DNA from: a virus
Reading direction: 5' to 3' (one strand)
Virus record (IMG/VR): IMGVR_UViG_3300033148_007360
Span: 1-64,000 of that record
Length of the DNA: 64,000 bases
Shown: positions 58,757 to 64,000 of the stretch, one piece after another
How the letters are laid out: each line of letters begins with the position of its first letter
Position numbering within the stretch: position 1 is the first letter of the stretch
Notes under the pieces: generated by a model
Databases searched by the model: none
The model's input: the letters and a program-made list of their open reading frames with translations, nothing else
Told to the model about the DNA's origin: nothing
Made by a program: the position numbers and the translations under genes

Positions 58757-59434
58757 CTAAGCGACAAACGGTAATTTCTTCAAGATTGATCCTAAGCTGC
58801 CAGCAGCTACACCTCCAAGCGTTGACAACGACACAGCACCCCCCTGCGCAACAGCCTTTATCTGCATAATCGTTGCATCAGGCGCTCGCAGCCAGAATGA
58901 CTCGCATTGAAATGACAGATTCACCTGTACTATCCCCGGAAGATGCTCCAACACGGAAAAGGGCGGCCTGTACTCGACATCGTAACCCATTATCCTGCCT
59001 TGCTTCATCAGGAATAACGAACCCATACTAAGAAGAACCTTCATCGGGGGAATCACGCCCGGCCCTCTCAGATACGTGGGATATACAAACGACTTAAGCA
59101 TCTCAAGACGCCCCTGAATCACCCCCTCATCGTAAGGCTCCTCGGAAATAAGAAATATCGGGAACTCCACACGGGCAGCGCTGGTATTCTGATAGTACAG
59201 AAAGGGTTCGCTCCGACCTTTCACATCCTGTGCTTCATAATTTACTTCGATCCTGTGGGAAATATTCTCGTAATACCAGAACTCGAAACCCAAACCCGGA
59301 ACCGGAATGTTGGTGGTCTGCTCCAACCCGATAATAACTCCGTGAGCACGCATCTGGCTCAGGAGAGCCTCGGCAGCGGAGGTTATCTCGGATCCACCGT
59401 AACTAGCAGGATTTGTTGCTTTCAACAAAGACAT
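58757..59434 (-). CDS. Tail tube initiator (gp48/gp54-like)
   Basis: GRSEPFLYY, VYPTY, PP...G. Confidence 0.72.
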   Translation of the reverse strand: MSLLKATNPASYGGSEITSAAEALLSQMRAHGVIIGLEQTTNIPVPGLGFEFWYYENISHRIEVNYEAQDVKGRSEPFLYYQNTSAARVEFPIFLISEEPYDEGVIQGRLEMLKSFVYPTYLRGPGVIPPMKVLLSMGSLFLMKQGRIMGYDVEYRPPFSVLEHLPGIVQVNLSFQCESFWLRAPDATIMQIKAVAQGGAVSLSTLGGVAAGSLGSILKKLPFVA

Positions 59435-59449
59435 TAAACTGTTTGCTCC

Positions 59450-61450
59450 TCATCCACCGGTTTCTTTACTTCCGGGGCCTGTTCTAGCATTCTCCTTTTT
59501 ACTGTTTTTTTGCGTTTCCCTGGCCACCTTCGTAAGGTTCCTCAATTCCTTGATTATAGCGTCACGTTGCCTTTCCGAAATCCTTTGCTCAAGGGAGATA
59601 GAAAGAGGCTCCGCCTCCCACTCCCGCTTCTTTGTTGTCAACGCCGTGTAAACATCCTGTGGTGTCACTCCTCGAGCAGTCATCGCCTGAAGTGCCGCGG
59701 TGTAGACCTTTCCCTTCTCCCCCCGCAATTCCTCCAATGTCACATGCTCACCAAAAATAGCCTTCCTTATACCCCTGCTTTGCTCCTCTACCTCCTTCCG
59801 TGTCCAAGGCTCTCTACCTCCAGCTCTTCTCCTCCCAGCCCACGTCGCGTATTCCGCTGCTAATACCTTTTCAGCAGTTTCCTCCCGAAACGGAAGATCC
59901 ACTGTAAGCCACCACCTCATAAATCGGTTCTTAAAGTAGTCAATAAATCTGCCCAAAGCGCCTATAGTGTTATCGTAAATCCACCAACCGAGTTTTTTCA
60001 ACTGTTTCTTGCCCCAGTCATAAAGACGTTCCCACCATGCTTTCTTCCCCCTCTCCGGTTCCAGATTCAGCATATCCTTTATAACTTCCCACGCTTCTTT
60101 AGCTCCTGCTATAAATCCCTGCCAGACGCCACCCTTCTTCTTTTCCTTGGCAAACGCACTCATAATCTTATCAACCCCCCTCTGCATCTTATTCACACTC
60201 TTTGTTATTTCCTTTAACGCGTCACCAAACCATTCAAGAAGGGTTTTTCCCCCGACCGTCCTCGTAATAGCAAACGACTTCCACGTCTGCACGAACTTGT
60301 CCCAGAGATTTGAAAGGGTCCTCATCTTATTCGTCCACGTAGACTTGATATCCGCACCTTGACTGGCCCTGATTGTATGCTCCACCTGTTTCCACACTTT
60401 TGTCTTGCGTTCGGCCAGCATCTCTACGAATGCCGGTGGAAGTCCCAGTTGCTGCGCCAGATTAAACCGCATACCTTTACTGCTTATCCCCTCGATCCGC
60501 TCCTCTAACTTTTTCAGAACGGCAACCGGGCCTATCCTCTCAGCTTCCTTCATGTTCAGTCGTAGAAATGCCGCCAAGTAATTACCTTCCGCTCCGCGGA
60601 ACGCTGAAGGCGTAAGCAACGTCTGCATAATATCCTGTAGCGGCCCTATATCAAACCCGGCTTTCTTCAATGCACCGGCAGCTCCGGCCATTTCCTTTAC
60701 GAACTTCTCTCGGAATTCGGGAGCGATGAGATAAGACATTTGCTTCATGCTGTCCACAAGACCCGCAAGTTCCTCGCCGGTCATGACTCCCTGCCTTTGC
60801 AAACCAAACAGGTAATCGGTGAATTTGTCTATTCCACGCTTACTAAACCCAGCCGCTGAATATATGTTCATGAAATTTGCAGTGAGCTGAGCAGCGGTTT
60901 CAAGAGAGAGGCCCATCGTGTCGCGCATCATTACTACTTGCCTAGCCATCGAACCCATTGACTTGCGCATGGGATCCGATACGTCGCTGACATTATACAA
61001 AGCCCTGAAAGCTCCAATAGCGGACTCGGTGGTAATAGCCATGTCCTTAGCCAAGTTCGCTATTGTACCCTGTAACTGCACCAAGTTCTCCATAGTCAGG
61101 GGAGTAACATCCGCGAGTCCGTACAGGCGCTCCTGAAAGGCGGATAGCGCCCCAACGCCCTTTCTCGCAAGACCACCAATCCACTTTCCTACCACAACCG
61201 TTCCGAAAGTAACAAGTATGTTTTTTATCGTCTTGAACACTCCCCCCAGCTTCTTGATTCTAGAAGTGGTCTCCTCCAACGACGTCTCAATCCGACTTAA
61301 GTGATCGCGCATATCATCAGCAACTCTATCAACAGATCCCTCAATATTGGTCAAAGACTTTTGGATAGTCCTCGACTCCCTCTGGAGATTGTGCTCAATC
61401 CCCAATTCCCAGAAGAGTCGGCCCATCGTTATTTGAGTTGACGGATTCAA
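59450..61450 (-). CDS. Tape measure protein
   Basis: Helical, Ala/Gly/Trp-rich; follows the chaperones. Confidence 0.8.
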   Translation of the reverse strand: MNPSTQITMGRLFWELGIEHNLQRESRTIQKSLTNIEGSVDRVADDMRDHLSRIETSLEETTSRIKKLGGVFKTIKNILVTFGTVVVGKWIGGLARKGVGALSAFQERLYGLADVTPLTMENLVQLQGTIANLAKDMAITTESAIGAFRALYNVSDVSDPMRKSMGSMARQVVMMRDTMGLSLETAAQLTANFMNIYSAAGFSKRGIDKFTDYLFGLQRQGVMTGEELAGLVDSMKQMSYLIAPEFREKFVKEMAGAAGALKKAGFDIGPLQDIMQTLLTPSAFRGAEGNYLAAFLRLNMKEAERIGPVAVLKKLEERIEGISSKGMRFNLAQQLGLPPAFVEMLAERKTKVWKQVEHTIRASQGADIKSTWTNKMRTLSNLWDKFVQTWKSFAITRTVGGKTLLEWFGDALKEITKSVNKMQRGVDKIMSAFAKEKKKGGVWQGFIAGAKEAWEVIKDMLNLEPERGKKAWWERLYDWGKKQLKKLGWWIYDNTIGALGRFIDYFKNRFMRWWLTVDLPFREETAEKVLAAEYATWAGRRRAGGREPWTRKEVEEQSRGIRKAIFGEHVTLEELRGEKGKVYTAALQAMTARGVTPQDVYTALTTKKREWEAEPLSISLEQRISERQRDAIIKELRNLTKVARETQKNSKKENARTGPGSKETGG

Positions 61451-61453
61451 ACA

Positions 61454-61645
61454 TCAGCCTCCAAGGTTGAATACATCCTGCGGAATCATTTTTTTCATCA
61501 CCTGCATCAACTCTACAACAAGAAACTCCCTCTCGAACGGAGTGAGTTCGTCATATTCTTCAAATGAAATCCTCCCGAACTTGGCCATGTAGAGTTTCTC
61601 CCGCAATCTATTCCTCATTATCTCTTGGCGGTACCTCTCTGGCAA
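61454..61645 (-). CDS. Tail chaperone C-terminal ORF (gp51/gpT-like), probably reached by frameshift
   Basis: LTPFEREFL motif; overlaps the upstream ORF in the +1 frame. Confidence 0.65.
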   Translation of the reverse strand: MPERYRQEIMRNRLREKLYMAKFGRISFEEYDELTPFEREFLVVELMQVMKKMIPQDVFNLGG

Positions 61646-62411
61646 GTCTACGAGGACGAAAAAACTCCTGATTTATCGGCAACCCGTACCCCTCCAAGAC
61701 ACTTCCGCACACATCGCATGTCAAGTTCAGGTTTAACTCCACGCCGTACTCGGCTTCCACGGCTTCCAGAAAGTAAGCGGAGTCCTCTCCTATCAAGTTC
61801 CCGATAAACTCCCTTGCCTCCCCTATATTGAGTTCCTTTCCGTCAACCCCCACGACAAACTTCGCCATACGAAAGATGAACTCCGGGTCACCTTCGTCCG
61901 GCAATCTGTTCTGTCTTGCATTTTGTACAAAGTTTCGAATGGCGTGCAGGTCGGAGCCACGAAGGTCTCTCCATTGAACAACGTGGCCGGAACGAGGGAG
62001 GATCATCTCGAAGGGTTCGTCTTTTTCAAGGTAGTTGACACGCAACTTCGTTAAGTCAATAACTTTTTCTATGGAATTCCCGCACATACTGCATGGTATG
62101 GAAGAACCCGAACCTATAGTATAGTCGGAACCGTAACTAAGCGCCCTTATTCGGATAAGCAAGTGCAGCCTGTCTTGTAAAGTGATATCTTCAGGGCGAA
62201 GGTTCGGCTCCGCAATGCAGTTCCGAAATATCATATCCATTGAACTTTCGTAGGATTTTCCCCGGGACCCGAACAGTTTCGCCTCATGCTTGGTACGTAT
62301 GGGAGTTATTCTCACCGTTCCCGGAACTCCCTCCGGCCAATCTTCTATCCCTGAATACAATCTCCCATTAGACGCAAGAACAAAAGTGTCTTCATAACCA
62401 TCACCAGCCAT
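61608..62411 (-). CDS. Baseplate hub/tail assembly chaperone (gp26-like)
   Basis: LASNGRLY, DRLHLLIRIRALSYG, two CxxC, EFFRP. Confidence 0.82.
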   Translation of the reverse strand: MAGDGYEDTFVLASNGRLYSGIEDWPEGVPGTVRITPIRTKHEAKLFGSRGKSYESSMDMIFRNCIAEPNLRPEDITLQDRLHLLIRIRALSYGSDYTIGSGSSIPCSMCGNSIEKVIDLTKLRVNYLEKDEPFEMILPRSGHVVQWRDLRGSDLHAIRNFVQNARQNRLPDEGDPEFIFRMAKFVVGVDGKELNIGEAREFIGNLIGEDSAYFLEAVEAEYGVELNLNLTCDVCGSVLEGYGLPINQEFFRPRRLAREVPPRDNEE

Positions 62412-62441
62412 AATTGACCTCCTTCTGACTTTTATTTAGCC

Positions 62442-62548
62442 CCAATTTGGGCCATATTCGCTTTGTGTGACGTTTTTTCTTTTCGCAAGGGGGATCCCCC
62501 CCGAAAAGATTCAAAGCCCGCAGAATCGAAATATGAGGCTTACAGAGC
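62442..62548. repeat. Dispersed ~110-bp imperfect palindrome, copy E
   Basis: gccatattcgctttgtgtgacgtttttt...aaggggg at cccccc...cagaatcgaaatatgaggcttacagag. Confidence 0.85.
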
Positions 62549-63066
62549 TATATTACCATGTTACCCCCCGGTACGTACTGATCCACACGAATCGTGGCTT
62601 CAATCTGAACAATACCGGTAGCAGACATATCCACCGATCCGTAGTTTACAGATTGCGGCCAGCATCCCAGCAGTCTCCAAACCCTCTCGCTGCTCCCATC
62701 AGGAGCAAATAACACGACACGCCCATCCCGCTTATACACAGAGGGAGGATTTATCTTTTCCACCAGTGGAACTCCGACCAGATTCGACCACGAAACCAGA
62801 GCACCCGCCGTGTTGGGGTCAAGATAATCGTTGTAGGTAATAGTCATTGCTTCGGGAGAAAACCTCTGAGCTATGTAACGTCTGCTGTTTTGATACGGTA
62901 TTTCAAATTCCTCAAATACCAAGGTGGGGAGATCCGACGCACGGATAGACAAACGGAGAATTTCCGCCCCGGGAACCCCAAAGAACTCCACGAGAGCATT
63001 GTTCTGCCTCTGCGGTTCATAACCACCCTCTCCGGGAGACAGGAAGTCTGCATCTAGCCACTTCAA
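62548..63066 (-). CDS. Tail tube protein (gp19-like), paralog 2
   Basis: YEPQRQN, YKRDG, WRLLGCWP. Confidence 0.9.
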   Translation of the reverse strand: MKWLDADFLSPGEGGYEPQRQNNALVEFFGVPGAEILRLSIRASDLPTLVFEEFEIPYQNSRRYIAQRFSPEAMTITYNDYLDPNTAGALVSWSNLVGVPLVEKINPPSVYKRDGRVVLFAPDGSSERVWRLLGCWPQSVNYGSVDMSATGIVQIEATIRVDQYVPGGNMVI

Positions 63067-63084
63067 GAAACGCTACCTCGTATG

Positions 63085-63609
63085 TCAAGTGCTCAAATTG
63101 GGAATGTACTTGTCAACACGGAATGTCACTTCAATTTGAACAATATCAGTTGCAGACATGTCAACACTGCCCATGCTTGTCTGCTGGGGCCAGCATCCCT
63201 GTAACTTCCAGCTTCTCTGCGTAGAACCGTCCGGGCCGAGAAGATACAAAGTCCCGTCCACTTTGTACCTGTTCGCTTTTAATGGAAAAATCTTACCCGT
63301 CTCTGGGTCTCCCACGAGTTTGTTCCATTCCATAATCACGTTGGCCGTATTGGGATCGAGATAGTCATTAAACGTGATAGTGATAGGCTCGGTGCGAAAT
63401 CTCCCCGGCACGAATCTACGCTCGTTCAGCCAGGGGATCTCTATTTCCTCGAACCCGACCGGGGGAAGATCCGAAGTCCTGAGGGACAACCTGAGAACTT
63501 CAGCGTTTGGAACCCCGTGGAATTCCACTAGAAAGTGATTTTGCCTTTGGGCCTCATATCCACCCTCGGATGAGGCGATGTGGTCGGCATCTGTCCAGTT
63601 AGTCGCCAT
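63085..63609 (-). CDS. Tail tube protein (gp19-like), paralog 1
   Basis: YEAQRQN, YKVDG, WKLQGCWP. Confidence 0.9.
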   Translation of the reverse strand: MATNWTDADHIASSEGGYEAQRQNHFLVEFHGVPNAEVLRLSLRTSDLPPVGFEEIEIPWLNERRFVPGRFRTEPITITFNDYLDPNTANVIMEWNKLVGDPETGKIFPLKANRYKVDGTLYLLGPDGSTQRSWKLQGCWPQQTSMGSVDMSATDIVQIEVTFRVDKYIPNLST

Positions 63610-63631
63610 CTCGGTTTCCTCCTATTCCTGA

Positions 63632-64000
63632 TTAAAGAGTCCCGGTTATTTCGCTGAACTCAACTCCCTGCGCTGTAATTATTGCTTTTATTTGTATCTT
63701 TTCCGCCGGTAGAGTCGGAATCAGGTAAAAGTATGCGATGAGTTGCGATTGATCCAAAGTAGCAGGCAAATTCACGCTGGTATCGCATACGATGTTGTAC
63801 GCATTCAACCCCCTCCGACTTTTTACATACCGGAAAATGGGTTCGGTCAGCCGTTCAAGTTTATCCATCGCTATTTCATCCAGGGGATCGTAGTGAACCT
63901 CCCTTGCCACCCTGGCTACACGACTCTCGATGTAGTCCAGCATCCTCCGCACACTTATTCTCGTCATCGGACTCGTGCCGTTTCGTAAAAGGGTTTTCTG
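63632..64000 (-). CDS. Tail sheath protein, C-terminal part (5' truncated)
   Basis: Open to the window edge: QKTL...RISVRRML...CDTSVN...PTLPAEKI. Confidence 0.92.
   Translation of the reverse strand, partial: QKTLLRNGTSPMTRISVRRMLDYIESRVARVAREVHYDPLDEIAMDKLERLTEPIFRYVKSRRGLNAYNIVCDTSVNLPATLDQSQLIAYFYLIPTLPAEKIQIKAIITAQGVEFSEITGTL

Larger units (their letters stand above)
1..64000 (-). mobile_element. Large myovirus-type bacteriophage genome segment (both ends continue beyond window)
   Basis: Sheath, tubes, baseplate, tape measure, portal, terminase, replication and lysis genes are all co-oriented; no host housekeeping operons. Confidence 0.97.

Noticed and set aside
62432-62440. CTAAATA as a T4-type late promoter before the chaperone gene
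   Set aside because: Single convincing occurrence; not repeated before other late genes in the window
458-63988. Plus-strand ORFs and nested minus-strand ORFs in the ORF track
   Set aside because: They are antisense or alternate-frame shadows of motif-supported minus-strand genes, with no recognisable domains
54081-64000. Stand-alone eCIS, tailocin or T6SS locus
   Set aside because: Contiguous with portal, terminase and a full replication module, so it is a phage tail
1-64000. Inteins, introns, integrase, alternative genetic code
   Set aside because: TerL, polymerase and helicases have normal lengths with no splicing motifs; no recombinase was seen; genes are intact in the standard code

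Overview
The whole window is a 64-kb slice of a large contractile-tailed (myovirus-type) bacteriophage genome. Essentially all real genes lie on the minus strand and are packed head-to-tail. In transcription order (right to left): tail sheath (partial), two tail-tube paralogs, tail/baseplate chaperone, tape measure, baseplate and two tail fibre/spike genes; then the portal; then a T4-style recombination/replication module built from non-T4 parts (UvsW-like and DnaB-like helicases, DnaN beta clamp, primase, UDG-PolA fusion, UvsY-, gp32- and RecA/UvsX-like proteins, 5'-3' exonuclease, a single-chain Mre11-Rad50 fusion, RuvC). After these come sigma-like and Mor-like regulators, terminase, an HU-like protein, a holin/u-spanin/holin cassette and two DNA methyltransferases. 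A seven-gene glycan synthesis/modification cluster, a CHAP endolysin and an accessory region follow, ending in tandem paralogs with variable CSFG hexapeptide repeats. Nine sigma70-type promoters point to a bacterial host, and the candidate u-spanin suggests a diderm one (inference). The most notable unannotated signals are: five dispersed copies of a ~110-bp imperfect palindrome in intergenic gaps; a probable programmed +1/-2 frameshift in the tail chaperone; an origin-like skewed tract inside the primase gene; and a recombination-shuffled accessory array with a leader-peptide/hairpin. All functional calls come from motif recognition by eye; no database searches were run.
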